DNA of 64,000 nt from Nitrospirota bacterium (GCA_963754875.1 CAVWHO010000018.1:1-64000), one strand, 5' to 3'; shown: positions 9,615 to 18,765, counted from the stretch's first letter. Notes: generated by a model not told the origin, from the sequence alone. Made by a program: numbers and translations.

Positions 9615-10724
9615 TTAAAGTTGCCGTACGACCTGTTCTTTGATATAGTCGACCACCCTGTCTACTTCCTTCCTCATCTCCTCTTTTTTCCTACCCTCTA
9701 TATCAAATGGCTCGTCCCGAAGTTTCCTGCCGACGAATCCGGCATCGGGATACTGTTGCAGGAAGAAGTCAGGGATCTCAACCGGAGCATCAGCGTCGTT
9801 CATGAGGGCCCAGGCCAGGGTCCACGCGCGGGCTACATGTGAAATATCGTACCCACCGCCGCCCAGGGCCACCCACTTCGGGGCCAGAGCCTTGATCATG
9901 CTTACCATCCTGCAGAACCCGTTCGTCGTTACGTTCAGGTGGGTAAGCGGATCGTTATGAAAGGAATCCACCCCGAGCTGGCTCACGATGATGTCGGGCT
10001 TGAAGGAATCGACCAGTGGAGGCACTACTTCCGTGAATGCGTGGACAAAGAGTTCGTCATCGGCCTCCGGCGGCAGGGGCACGTTCACGCTGTATCTTTC
10101 GCCCGCGCCTTCGCCGATCTCTTGTTCGAACCCGGAGCCCGGAAAAAGGGCCGCTCCCGTTTCATGGAGCGAGATGGTCAAGACCCTGTCGGTATCGTAG
10201 AATGCCGCTTGTACGCCGTCGCCATGGTCGATATAGGCGACCCGCCTGTCCCTGCTGACGAGAAACTTGATGGCGAGCACAGGATCGTTGATATAACAGA
10301 ACCCGGAGGCATGGTCTGCCATTGCATGATGAAGCCCGCCGGAGATGTTGAACGCGACCTTCGCTTCGCCGCTGTCAACGAGGGCTGCTGCTTTGAGTGA
10401 AGCGCCTGCCACGAGGAGTGACCAGTCGAATACCCCGGCGAATATGGGATTGTCGCCCGGGCCAAGCCCGAAAATATCGGCACCGGCAAAGTGCCTGCCG
10501 CTGTTCGAGGCCTTCAGTATATTGACATAATCGGGGGTGTGAAAGGTGAGCAGGTCCTCAACCTGCGCCGGATGAGGTTCGATCAGACGCGGGTCCGAAG
10601 GGGCGAGCAAACCGCAGGCTTTGATCAGTTCATAGGTAAGCTTCAATCGAAAAGGCTTGAGCGGGTGGCTCGACCCATAATCGAAAAGGCTGAATTTGTC
10701 TGTATAGAGAAATGCCGTCTTCAC
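9615..10724 (-). CDS. acuC: Histone deacetylase / AcuC-family protein with a damaged zinc-binding motif
   Basis: HPLKPFR, GGLHHA, SGFCYIND, ISLHE, GVDS..NDPL and GGGGY motifs; GTG start; YIDHGDG in place of YIDxDxHHGDG. Confidence 0.85.
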   Translation of the reverse strand: MKTAFLYTDKFSLFDYGSSHPLKPFRLKLTYELIKACGLLAPSDPRLIEPHPAQVEDLLTFHTPDYVNILKASNSGRHFAGADIFGLGPGDNPIFAGVFDWSLLVAGASLKAAALVDSGEAKVAFNISGGLHHAMADHASGFCYINDPVLAIKFLVSRDRRVAYIDHGDGVQAAFYDTDRVLTISLHETGAALFPGSGFEQEIGEGAGERYSVNVPLPPEADDELFVHAFTEVVPPLVDSFKPDIIVSQLGVDSFHNDPLTHLNVTTNGFCRMVSMIKALAPKWVALGGGGYDISHVARAWTLAWALMNDADAPVEIPDFFLQQYPDAGFVGRKLRDEPFDIEGRKKEEMRKEVDRVVDYIKEQVVRQL

Positions 10725-10986
10725 AGGACCCGCCAGTACTCGTATTTGATTGGCATAGCTTCCCCCCGGCTTATCAAGCAGCCTTTTAGCAAAGTATACC
10801 ACGCGGCAGAAAGACTAAAGTAGGTCGTTCGAGCCGGACGTAATGGTGCTAAAATTAATCATACACACAATTCCAGGGCGGTGAGCCAGAAAGGCAGTAA
10901 ACATACAAACAGGCAGCAAAAACATGGTTGGAAGTAGAGATAAGCGAGCTGGTGCCGCCCGTTTCGAGAACAGAAAGGAGAAATAC

Positions 10987-11304
10987 ATGGCAACTGCTAA
11001 AGACATAAAAAAAGGTTTCTGCGATGATATCTATACCGAACTCGCGGGCATGAAAGTGAGGATCGAGGTATTGCAGGGCAAACTCGCACGATCCTACCCC
11101 ACGGAGCATGAGCTGTTTGTCCTGTATGACCGGCATCTTCACGAACTTGCCGAGCAGATCGAATGGAAGCTCCAGATCTTGTCGCATGCCTGTCCCAATG
11201 ACTGGAAAGGCTCTGCAGACATCGAGTACGAAGAAAACACCGTTTCCGTGGGACCTGCCCAATCGTTTGACACAGACTTTTCCGGAGGGTATATCGGCGG
11301 ATAA
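10987..11304 (+). CDS. Hypothetical protein, 105 aa, helical with an acidic tail ending GGYIGG
   Basis: AAGGAG RBS, clean ORF, terminator directly downstream. Confidence 0.8.
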   Translation: MATAKDIKKGFCDDIYTELAGMKVRIEVLQGKLARSYPTEHELFVLYDRHLHELAEQIEWKLQILSHACPNDWKGSADIEYEENTVSVGPAQSFDTDFSGGYIGG

Positions 11305-11323
11305 GCGCACAGGGAACAACGTT

Positions 11324-11360
11324 AAAAGCCGGCAAGATCGACTCTTGCCGGCTTTTCTTT
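11324..11360. terminator. Bidirectional intrinsic terminator
   Basis: aaaagccggcaaga-tcgac-tcttgccggctttt between convergent genes. Confidence 0.85.
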
Positions 11361-11480
11361 GAGATCAATCCTGGACAAGGAGCAGGTCGCCAGTGCTGAA
11401 ATTTTAGAATGGGTATGTTAAGACGTATCCACACCTTAACTTCCTGAACTTCCTGCTCAGACCTCCTGTTCGAAGCAAGA

Positions 11481-12095
11481 TCAATCGAGCGCAAACGAGC
11501 CGGTTTTCAGAGCTCCTGCGCTGCGGTAGACACTGACGATAACGCCCGTACTCGTGATGCTTGATCTTACCAGCTTCAAAGTGCGCGGAACCGTACCGTT
11601 TCCGAAGAGCCGCTTCCCTGTCCCGAGAACGACCGGAAAGGTCAGGAGCCTGTATTCGTCCACGAGGTCTTTCTCGATCAAAGTCTGGGCAAGGCCGCAG
11701 CTGCCGTGCACCTGCACTTCCCGGGTAAAGCGCTTCTTGAGCTCGACTACTTCCTTCTCGACATCGTGAATAGGCAGGGTGTTGTTCCACGTGAACGCGC
11801 GATTGGTACGCGAAGCAACGTACTTGGGCAAAAAATTCAATTTGACGGCAATGAGATTTTCTGGGTCCGTGACCTTCGGCCAGTAGGCCGAAAAAAGATC
11901 GTATGTTGTCCGCCCCAGAAGGAACGCGTCCGCCTTTGAAAATATCTCAAACATAGTTTTCCCCATATCAGGGTCGGCATGGGGAACGAGCCAGCCGCCG
12001 TAAGGAAAGTTTCCGCTCGGGTCTTCATCCGGAGCGCCGGGCGCCTGCATGACCCCGTCGATAGAGAGAAAGGTCGTCATTGTAAGTTCAGCCAT
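11481..12095 (-). CDS. Dihydrofolate reductase-like (RibD C-terminal) protein
   Basis: SIDGVMQAPG, LLGRTTY, VHGS and PVVLGTGKRLF motifs; AGGAG RBS. Confidence 0.92.
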   Translation of the reverse strand: MAELTMTTFLSIDGVMQAPGAPDEDPSGNFPYGGWLVPHADPDMGKTMFEIFSKADAFLLGRTTYDLFSAYWPKVTDPENLIAVKLNFLPKYVASRTNRAFTWNNTLPIHDVEKEVVELKKRFTREVQVHGSCGLAQTLIEKDLVDEYRLLTFPVVLGTGKRLFGNGTVPRTLKLVRSSITSTGVIVSVYRSAGALKTGSFALD

Positions 12096-12165
12096 GTTAT
12101 TCTCCTGTTCAGTGAGTAGCAACTACTCGCTTTTTTAAATTCTATCACTTAAGAGGTGCAAAAAC

Positions 12166-12237
12166 AAAAAAGCCGGAGAGGTTTTCTCTCCGGCCAGTGA
12201 TCGTTCAAGCGGTGTGCAACGGATGCAACAACGTCAC
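12166..12237 (-). repeat. Structured repeat A, copy 1 (stem-loop + terminator)
   Basis: Diverged direct repeat of 13027-13095; gccggagag/ctctccggc hairpin with a U-tract on the minus strand. Confidence 0.8.
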
Positions 12238-12292
12238 CCGCCTATCCGTATACTCGATAGAGTCAAACGCCCACTCAGGATAATCGCTTTCT

Positions 12293-12703
12293 TTATTCAA
12301 GTGCCAGAAATTCCTCCGGAGACATAATCGGCAGCCGGTCCGAACGGTAATCCGCCTTGTTCCGGGTGATAAGGCAGTCGGCCCGGACGTGGAGCGCTGA
12401 ATAATACTGCACTGCGTCCTCGAAGTCCTTGAAGGTCGAGACGAGCGAGAGGTCGATCACCTTTTCATCGACTGCCGCGACTCGGAAGACGATTCTGAGC
12501 TTTTCGAGGACCCGCATCGCCTTTTCGCGCTTCAACTCCTTCGACAGAATATAAAACATTGTCGGGAAGCTCTGCGCGGACAGATAGCCGTGGAGTTTCT
12601 TCTCTTCGATCAGAGTGAACAGCCGGGCGGCAGGGGCGTAATAGGGATCTCGCTTCAGGAAGATATCGAGGATGACGTTGATATCGCAGAGGACGCTCTT
12701 CAC
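12293..12703 (-). CDS. PIN-domain toxin
   Basis: CDINVILD, DFEDAVQ and ITRNKADY motifs; GTG start overlaps the antitoxin stop. Confidence 0.92.
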   Translation of the reverse strand: MKSVLCDINVILDIFLKRDPYYAPAARLFTLIEEKKLHGYLSAQSFPTMFYILSKELKREKAMRVLEKLRIVFRVAAVDEKVIDLSLVSTFKDFEDAVQYYSALHVRADCLITRNKADYRSDRLPIMSPEEFLALE

Positions 12704-12948
12704 CGGTACTTCTCCGCGAGATGCTTCCGGTATCCTGCGCGCAGCTGCGCCGTGTCGTGTTTGCCCGAAAGCACGCCAGACACCTCATACAGGACCGGCG
12801 ATTCCCGCACCTCGTGCCGTTCCTGCTCCCCAACGGACCTGAAATAGTCCTCGACCATGCGCGACAGGCTGACGCCCTTGGTGCGCGCGGTCTTTTTTGC
12901 CTTCCGAATAATGGCATCGTCCAGCCGCAGGGTAAGTTTCGTGGTCAT
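12700..12948 (-). CDS. Antitoxin, RHH-like (DUF6364-like)
   Basis: TKLTLRLD...AK..A...GVSLSRMVEDYF; upstream of and coupled to the PIN gene. Confidence 0.85.
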   Translation of the reverse strand: MTTKLTLRLDDAIIRKAKKTARTKGVSLSRMVEDYFRSVGEQERHEVRESPVLYEVSGVLSGKHDTAQLRAGYRKHLAEKYR

Positions 12949-12965
12949 GAACGCATCCTCCTTGG

Positions 12966-13005
12966 GTGACGTATGTATTTTATAATTATATACGTCACAT
13001 GTCAA
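12966..13005 (-). promoter_or_regulatory. Sigma70 promoter with overlapping operator palindrome for the TA operon
   Basis: TTGACA-17-TAAAAT on minus strand; inverted repeat gtgacgtatgta / tatatacgtcac (11 of 12). Confidence 0.8.
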
Positions 13006-13026
13006 GTCCTTCGCGGCCGTAAGTAG

Positions 13027-13095
13027 AAAAGGCCGGAGAAAATTTCACCCCCGGCCCGTGATTGTTCAAACGCTGCGCAACGGGTGCAACGTCAC
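13027..13095 (-). repeat. Structured repeat A, copy 2 (stem-loop + terminator)
   Basis: Diverged direct repeat of 12166-12237, just after the stop codon at 13114. Confidence 0.8.
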
Positions 13096-13113
13096 TCTCG
13101 GTCGCTACTAACG

Positions 13114-14682
13114 TCACGCCATAATAACCTCCACCGCCCTTATCGCATCAGCGGCTGAACTCGTTATCCCGCCGGTATAGCCGGCGCCTTCTCCTATAGG
13201 GTAAAGATTCCTGATATTCACTGATTCATATTTTTCACTGCGCAGGATTCTGAGGGGGGCCGACGTTCTCGTTTCCGCGCCGATCACGATGGCATGAGAG
13301 GAAACAAAGGAGGGGTACGTTTTTTCCCAGAAGAGGAACGCTGCCACCAGTGCGTCGTTTACAAACGCGGGGAATATCTCATGCATGTTCGTTGCTGCAG
13401 TTCCTGTTGCGCAGGAATTCCTGTTTAACCTGGCCGAGACCTTCCGGCTCAGGAAATCCAGCAGGTTCTGGGCAGGGACCGCCCATTTCCCTCCTCCTGC
13501 GTGAAAAGCCTTCTGCTCGATATCCTTTTGGAGCTCGAGCCCGGCCAGGGGATCGGCCGAGCAATAATCACGAGAATGACAGGTCACCACGATGGCGGCA
13601 TTGGAGAATTCCGATGCCCTGCGGGAGTAGCTCATGCCGTTTACAACCAGCGTTCCCTGTTCGGAGGAAGCGTTTATCACCTCGCCGCCCGGACACATGC
13701 AGAAGGTATACACTCCCCTTCCTATTTTTCTGTCCGTGTAATTCAGAGAATACGTGGCAGCGCCGATGCCGGAGAAGTCCCCGTATTTATCGCCATAGCG
13801 CATGCGATTGATGATCTCCACCGGGTGCTCCACTCTCACCCCGACGGAGATCGGCTTCTGCTCGAGCCGAAGGCCTTTCCTCTGAAGCAGCTCAAAGGTA
13901 TCGCGCGCGGAATTTCCCACGGCCAGATAGAGGCTTGAGCAACGATATTCCTTTTCGTTGTTTATGACGACGCCGACAACCGCGTCGCCCGACAGAAGCA
14001 TGTCCGTCATTTTTGATCGGTAGTGGATCTCGCCACCATGCTGCAGGATATAGTTCCGTATATTGAGTACGATCTTGCACAGCACGTCCGTTCCCAGATG
14101 GGGCTTGCCGACATACCCTATTTCTTCCGGCGCGCCGAATCGAATGAACGTATCCAGCACCTTGTTGATATAGGTTGTGTTCTTTTTCCGGGAAAACAAC
14201 TTCCCGTCGGAATACGAACCCGCGCCGCCTTCGCCGAACTGGATATTCGATTCAGGGTCGAGCACCTTTTCTTTCCTGAACTTTTGAACATCCAGGGAGC
14301 GTTCTTCCAGCTTTTTTCCCCGTTCGAATATGATCGGCTTCTGCCCATAGGCAATAAGCTCAAGGGCCGCGAACATGCCGGCAGGGCCGAAACCGACGAC
14401 AATGGGCCTGTCCGCGCTGGCCTTTGATTCCCGTTCTTTTGCCGGTATTTCGGTGTAGAGAGGAAGGTTTTCTCTGTTCTCAAAGCTGTCGGAGGTGTGA
14501 ACCACGAGCGATAGGACGTAGTAGAACTGCTCTTGATCACGCGCATCAAGCGTCTTGCTCAGGATTTTGACGATATGTATGGCTGTCTCGCCAACGTTCA
14601 GTTTTTGCGCGGCTGCTTTTACATATTCATCGTTCCCGTCTTTTTCAACGGGTATGCGCAGATCGATCAGCTGTAATTTCAG
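13114..14682 (-). CDS. FAD-dependent oxidoreductase (uncharacterised dehydrogenase family)
   Basis: VGFGPAG, QFGEGGAGSYSDGKL, FCMCPGG and GEGAGYTGGITSSA motifs; frame open 59 codons upstream of the ORF-track start, to a CTG with GAGG RBS. Confidence 0.88.
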   Translation of the reverse strand: MKLQLIDLRIPVEKDGNDEYVKAAAQKLNVGETAIHIVKILSKTLDARDQEQFYYVLSLVVHTSDSFENRENLPLYTEIPAKERESKASADRPIVVGFGPAGMFAALELIAYGQKPIIFERGKKLEERSLDVQKFRKEKVLDPESNIQFGEGGAGSYSDGKLFSRKKNTTYINKVLDTFIRFGAPEEIGYVGKPHLGTDVLCKIVLNIRNYILQHGGEIHYRSKMTDMLLSGDAVVGVVINNEKEYRCSSLYLAVGNSARDTFELLQRKGLRLEQKPISVGVRVEHPVEIINRMRYGDKYGDFSGIGAATYSLNYTDRKIGRGVYTFCMCPGGEVINASSEQGTLVVNGMSYSRRASEFSNAAIVVTCHSRDYCSADPLAGLELQKDIEQKAFHAGGGKWAVPAQNLLDFLSRKVSARLNRNSCATGTAATNMHEIFPAFVNDALVAAFLFWEKTYPSFVSSHAIVIGAETRTSAPLRILRSEKYESVNIRNLYPIGEGAGYTGGITSSAADAIRAVEVIMA

Positions 14683-14836
14683 ATGTCCTCATTTCTTTTG
14701 TGTTGCGCAGCCTGATGGCGTTATCACCGCAGAGACGCAAAGAAAAGCAAGGCAATGTCCCGGGTTAAAATCCAACGCCAACCTCTTTTGACGTTCTCAG
14801 CGCCTCCGCGTCTCCGCGCGAGATGCTTGTAGTTTG

Positions 14837-15769
14837 CTATCGCCCATGTGTCGAACACCGTAAGACCTCCGGCGGTTCACACTCGATGACCATCTTGCTC
14901 CCGGTGCCGGGATGGATAAAGCTCAGCTCGGCGGAATGAAGAAGATAACCCGGGTCGCCGGGAAGCGCGTGCGTGCCCGGCAAGGGCAGACCGCCCGGAC
15001 CGTACAGGGGATCTCCCTTCAGAGGGTGTCCCGCGGCTGCAAGGTGGATCCGGATCTGGTGAGGCCGGCCTGTCGCAATACGCACATCACACAAAAAGGC
15101 ATCAGGGTATCGTTCGAGGACGGTAACTAGGGACAGCGAGGGCCTGCCGTCGTGCCTGGCTGCATGGATCGAAGCGAGTATGGCGTGCGGGACAGGGCCT
15201 ATGGGCACTGAAATCGTCATCTCATCCCTGTCGGGCAGCCCGGCGGCAAGCGCGCGGTAGCGTTTCCCGACTTCCCGTGCCGACCACTGCCGGACCAATG
15301 CCGCACTCGCATGCCGATTTTTGGCGCACAACACCAGGCCCGAGGTCCACCGCCCCAGGCGATGAAGCGGCGCGGCGTCAGGCGCATGCGCGCGCACCAG
15401 GTGAAGCAGTGTTGTCTTGAGGAAATTACCGCCGGGAAGCGTGGGCAGCCCAGCCGGCTTGGCCACCGCAAGCAGGTCGTTGTCTTCGTACAGCACGGAA
15501 AATGTTCCCGGTGCGTCAGGTTCGATCCATGGCGGGCGCTGCCAGACAAGCTCGCATCCCCTGCGTAGCACGCTGTCGGCATGTGCAGGCCGGCCATCGA
15601 TGAGCACGTGATTGGACGCAATGCGCGCTGCCCACTCCGTCCGGCAGGAGTGAGGATAGCGCCAGGTCAGATACGCGAGCAGCGTCCGGGCGTCGGCATC
15701 GGGGCCGAGTCGTTCGCTATATTCATATCCTTCGTTCAAACGTTCACTCAGTGGAGCCCCCTCCGGCAT
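14837..15769 (-). CDS. RluA-family pseudouridine synthase
   Basis: AKPAGL, HRLGRWTSG, TGRPHQIRIH, GDPLYG and LH motifs; the usual HRLD Asp reads Gly here; exact start uncertain. Confidence 0.85.
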   Translation of the reverse strand: MPEGAPLSERLNEGYEYSERLGPDADARTLLAYLTWRYPHSCRTEWAARIASNHVLIDGRPAHADSVLRRGCELVWQRPPWIEPDAPGTFSVLYEDNDLLAVAKPAGLPTLPGGNFLKTTLLHLVRAHAPDAAPLHRLGRWTSGLVLCAKNRHASAALVRQWSAREVGKRYRALAAGLPDRDEMTISVPIGPVPHAILASIHAARHDGRPSLSLVTVLERYPDAFLCDVRIATGRPHQIRIHLAAAGHPLKGDPLYGPGGLPLPGTHALPGDPGYLLHSAELSFIHPGTGSKMVIECEPPEVLRCSTHGR

Positions 15770-15919
15770 AAGCGGGACTTAATAACGAGACCTCCCGCCT
15801 GCACCCAGCGTTTACGACTGCGTTAGCGGGAGTGCAGGGTGCGGGTTACGACGCATTCCGCCCCCGGCAGGAGCCGGGGAATGCAAGTCGCGGGATGGCG
15901 GATAACGGGATTAGAGCTA

Positions 15920-15971
15920 ATGCAGCAACACGAAAAAATTAAAAACAGGCCCTGACATTATCAGGGCCTGC
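15920..15971 (-). terminator. Terminator repeat B, copy 1
   Basis: caggccctga/tcagggcctg hairpin + U-tract + cgtgttgctgcat tail shared with 16427-16480. Confidence 0.85.
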
Positions 15972-16017
15972 GAAGTATTCCCCAGCGGTTCATGTTCTCT
16001 CAGACTCTGAGATTCCC

Positions 16018-16305
16018 CTAAAAGAATTCCAACGGCTGCACTACCGTCACCTTCGTGCTTGCCTTCTTAAGGGGTTCTTTCTTTAACTTACCGGCGATAA
16101 TTATTGCTAAACCTTCGATAGTCGATTCTCGTTTGGCAACGATAGCAGTTTGATCGCTCGTTGACATCTGTTTCAGCTTCTGGATCAGCTCACGCGCCTG
16201 TTCTATCTGCGCCATGGATCCAGACAGAGATTTCTTTTGAATCGACAATTTCGTATCATCGATTAAAGAATCTATGGCAACTCTTGTCCGTACAAAATTT
16301 TGCAT
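16018..16305 (-). CDS. Hypothetical protein, 95 aa
   Basis: GGGGG RBS, helical Lys-rich ORF, own terminator. Confidence 0.7.
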   Translation of the reverse strand: MQNFVRTRVAIDSLIDDTKLSIQKKSLSGSMAQIEQARELIQKLKQMSTSDQTAIVAKRESTIEGLAIIIAGKLKKEPLKKASTKVTVVQPLEFF

Positions 16306-16426
16306 AGTAATACCCCCGTCCCTTTTTTTTCAATAGTAGTGCTCTTATTGTAAGGCATCTTGTTGATAAAAGCGCTAAAAAAGAGCGAAGACTAGGATTA
16401 AAAACCCTGCCCCAAAGATGCTGCGG

Positions 16427-16480
16427 ATGCAGCAACACGAATAAATAAAAAAAACAGGCCCTGAGATGATCAGGGCCTGC
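16427..16480 (-). terminator. Terminator repeat B, copy 2 (after the csp gene)
   Basis: Same hairpin and tail as 15920-15971. Confidence 0.85.
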
Positions 16481-16506
16481 AAAGGTCTAAACGTTAATTC
16501 AGAACT

Positions 16507-16707
16507 TTAGAGCTTTACAACGTTGGACGCTTTGGGGCCTTTGGGTGAGTCGACAACGTCGAACTGCACTGATTGGCCTTCAGCCAACGACTTAAAGCCG
16601 CTGTCCTGAATGTCGCCGAAATGAACGAACACATCGCCGCCTTGTTCACGGGTAATGAATCCAAAGCCTTTGGAATCATTGAACCACTTTACCGTACCAT
16701 TTTCCAT
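16507..16707 (-). CDS. cspA: Cold-shock protein
   Basis: GTVKWFN..KGFGFI and DVFVHF motifs; AGGAGG RBS. Confidence 0.97.
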   Translation of the reverse strand: MENGTVKWFNDSKGFGFITREQGGDVFVHFGDIQDSGFKSLAEGQSVQFDVVDSPKGPKASNVVKL

Positions 16708-16822
16708 GATGAGCTACCTCCTTCTTGTGAATTGAAGCTTTACGGATAAGGACAAAAAAATACCGCAAAGTCGATCTGTCTTTGCGGTTTCCCAACAAGT
16801 ACATCCGGAACTTCTATGTCGT

Positions 16823-16851
16823 ATAATGCCCCTTCTGCACCTGGATGTCAA
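16823..16851 (-). promoter_or_regulatory. Putative sigma70 promoter of csp
   Basis: TTGACA-17-CATTAT on minus strand. Confidence 0.55.
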
Positions 16852-17089
16852 TGCTTATTACTGCTCAAGCGATAATAGTTCCCAAACGGACGGCCCGTAA
16901 CGTGGAGAAAGACGCGGCCCAAGCCGTAATAAAGTTGTTATTCCCGCTTGATTCTGAGCCTGCCCCGGTATGTTCGAAGCCGGGGGGAATCGTATTGCTA
17001 CACATCACGCTGAAAAGCAGGATTCCGGACAGCCTGTATTCGCGCCGAGCGCTCATGAACACGGCCGCAGGCAAGGCGGAATGACGGAC

Positions 17090-17560
17090 TCAGGACGATT
17101 TTCGAGCTTTTGCTTTGCCCTTCGCCTTGGATTTGAGCTTAGTTGCTTTTCGTTTCTTCGGCGCATGCCAATTAAAGGGGATGGGCTGAAGCATGCTCAC
17201 GCGGTTACCCTCCGGGTCGATGAACGATACATATTGACCGACGTTGGGAATTTCCATGGGTTCGCCCAGCACGTTGCCCCCCGCGGCCTGCACTTTCTTG
17301 ATCGATCTCTCGATATCGTCAACTGCGATAACGATGGAGGGATATTGCGCCGGCCAATCGGGTTTTCTCGGGTAAAAGCCGCCGTTGATCCTTCCAGGCT
17401 TCTTGGGGCCTTTCTCGTTGGTTTCCGTGGTGGCTGCAGTAACATAATTACCCATCTCCTCGCCGAACATCCGCGTCTTCCAGCCGAACGTTGATTTATA
17501 GAACTTCGTCATGCGCGCCCGATCGTCGTATGGCATCTCAAAGTGTACAACGGGATCCAT
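17090..17560 (-). CDS. VOC / glyoxalase-family protein
   Basis: VVHFEMP..D, FGW, INGG, GG.VLGEP and FIDPEGN motifs; AGGAGG RBS. Confidence 0.92.
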   Translation of the reverse strand: MDPVVHFEMPYDDRARMTKFYKSTFGWKTRMFGEEMGNYVTAATTETNEKGPKKPGRINGGFYPRKPDWPAQYPSIVIAVDDIERSIKKVQAAGGNVLGEPMEIPNVGQYVSFIDPEGNRVSMLQPIPFNWHAPKKRKATKLKSKAKGKAKARKSS

Positions 17561-17596
17561 AATGTATCCTCCTTGGCATTTGAAAAAGGCTTCTCT

Positions 17597-17659
17597 ATAA
17601 AACTATATCGCGCGGTGTATTCAAAGTCAAACGTACGTGGGGACTTAGCAGGGGATGCT
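17597..17659 (-). promoter_or_regulatory. Promoter repeat C, copy 1
   Basis: TTGACT-17-TATAGT; 51 of 63 nt identical to 18237-18299. Confidence 0.8.
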
Positions 17660-17687
17660 CTGAGATGAAATCGCTGCCGACGTTCTT

Positions 17688-18202
17688 TTAAACCAGCGGC
17701 AACAGGCTGCTAAAGTCATTATCAATCTGCATCATATCCAAATAAAGAGAGACCATGCCACGATGATGGGTTTGATGATTAAAAATGTGCAGAATGGATC
17801 CTCCGACATTTTTACTGACCGTTTCCGCTTTCATATTTTTAAATGATATTATTTTATCCAGTTCGCTTTCAGTGATTTCATCTATCAACATGATCAGCTT
17901 TTTATCCAGTCCTTCTCTTTTGGAAAGTAATCGGCAACATCACCAAAAGGCTGAGTACCATAGTTTAAATTCTGATCAAAAAGTGGATCTTTTATAAATT
18001 GAAAATCTCGGAATAGACCGAATCTTTTCAGCCAGCTGTAATCACTGATATAAACATGACTGCACAATTGCTTTATCGTCTTGAAGTATCCTGCAAACTC
18101 CTGCCTCCACTGCGCTTCACTTAAATTGCGAATTATATTGTCCATTTTTTGATTTGTAACTTGATTATATTGTGCCAGCAGCTTGCATGTCTTGATATCC
18201 AT
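17688..18202 (-). pseudogene. DinB-family protein, frameshifted near 17925
   Basis: YNQ..N, F.TI...SH...D..W and HIFNHQTHHRG motifs split across two frames; low GC. Confidence 0.85.
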
Positions 18203-18236
18203 ATGACCTCCTGATCCGGATATGGGGTAAGGTACA

Positions 18237-18299
18237 ATAAAAATATATCGCGAGGGGTATTTAAAGTCAAACGCAGGTGAGGTCTTGATAGGGGACGCT
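18237..18299 (-). promoter_or_regulatory. Promoter repeat C, copy 2
   Basis: TTGACT-17-TATATT; homologous to 17597-17659. Confidence 0.8.
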
Positions 18300-18374
18300 A
18301 CGAATTATTTCGGGCACGATGTCCCCAAAATTCTTTATATCACTCCTGTAGTATACACAACATGCCGTCCAACA

Positions 18375-18765
18375 TCAAGCAACTGTCAACTTACGGCTAT
18401 TGATATAGTCAATCAAGGTAGCTCTCGACACCCTCAGTATCCGTGCTATAGCTGATTTTGCCACTCTGTGCTTCAGGAATGCCTCAATTTGTTCTCTTTG
18501 GGTAGCAAGCTTGCTTATTCCCCAAGGCTCCCTTCGGTCGCCCTAATTTGATTCCCTGTGCCTTCTTCGATGCAAGTGCCTGTTTTGTACGTTCTGAAAT
18601 CATATCTCTTTCCAATTCTGCAAACAGGCTGAACATGGTAATCATTGCCTTTGTCTGCAAATCGTTTTTGCCGTTGACAATGATATTCTGCTTGATAGCT
18701 ATAAATGTCACCTGCATTTTAGTCAAGTGGTTCACCATATCAATGCACTCGACTATGCTTCCGCC
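18375..18765 (-). pseudogene. Serine resolvase/invertase remnant
   Basis: FAELERDMISERTKQAL...KLGRP, then a frameshift into an HTH (SAIARILRVSRATL); catalytic N-terminus missing. Confidence 0.85.
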
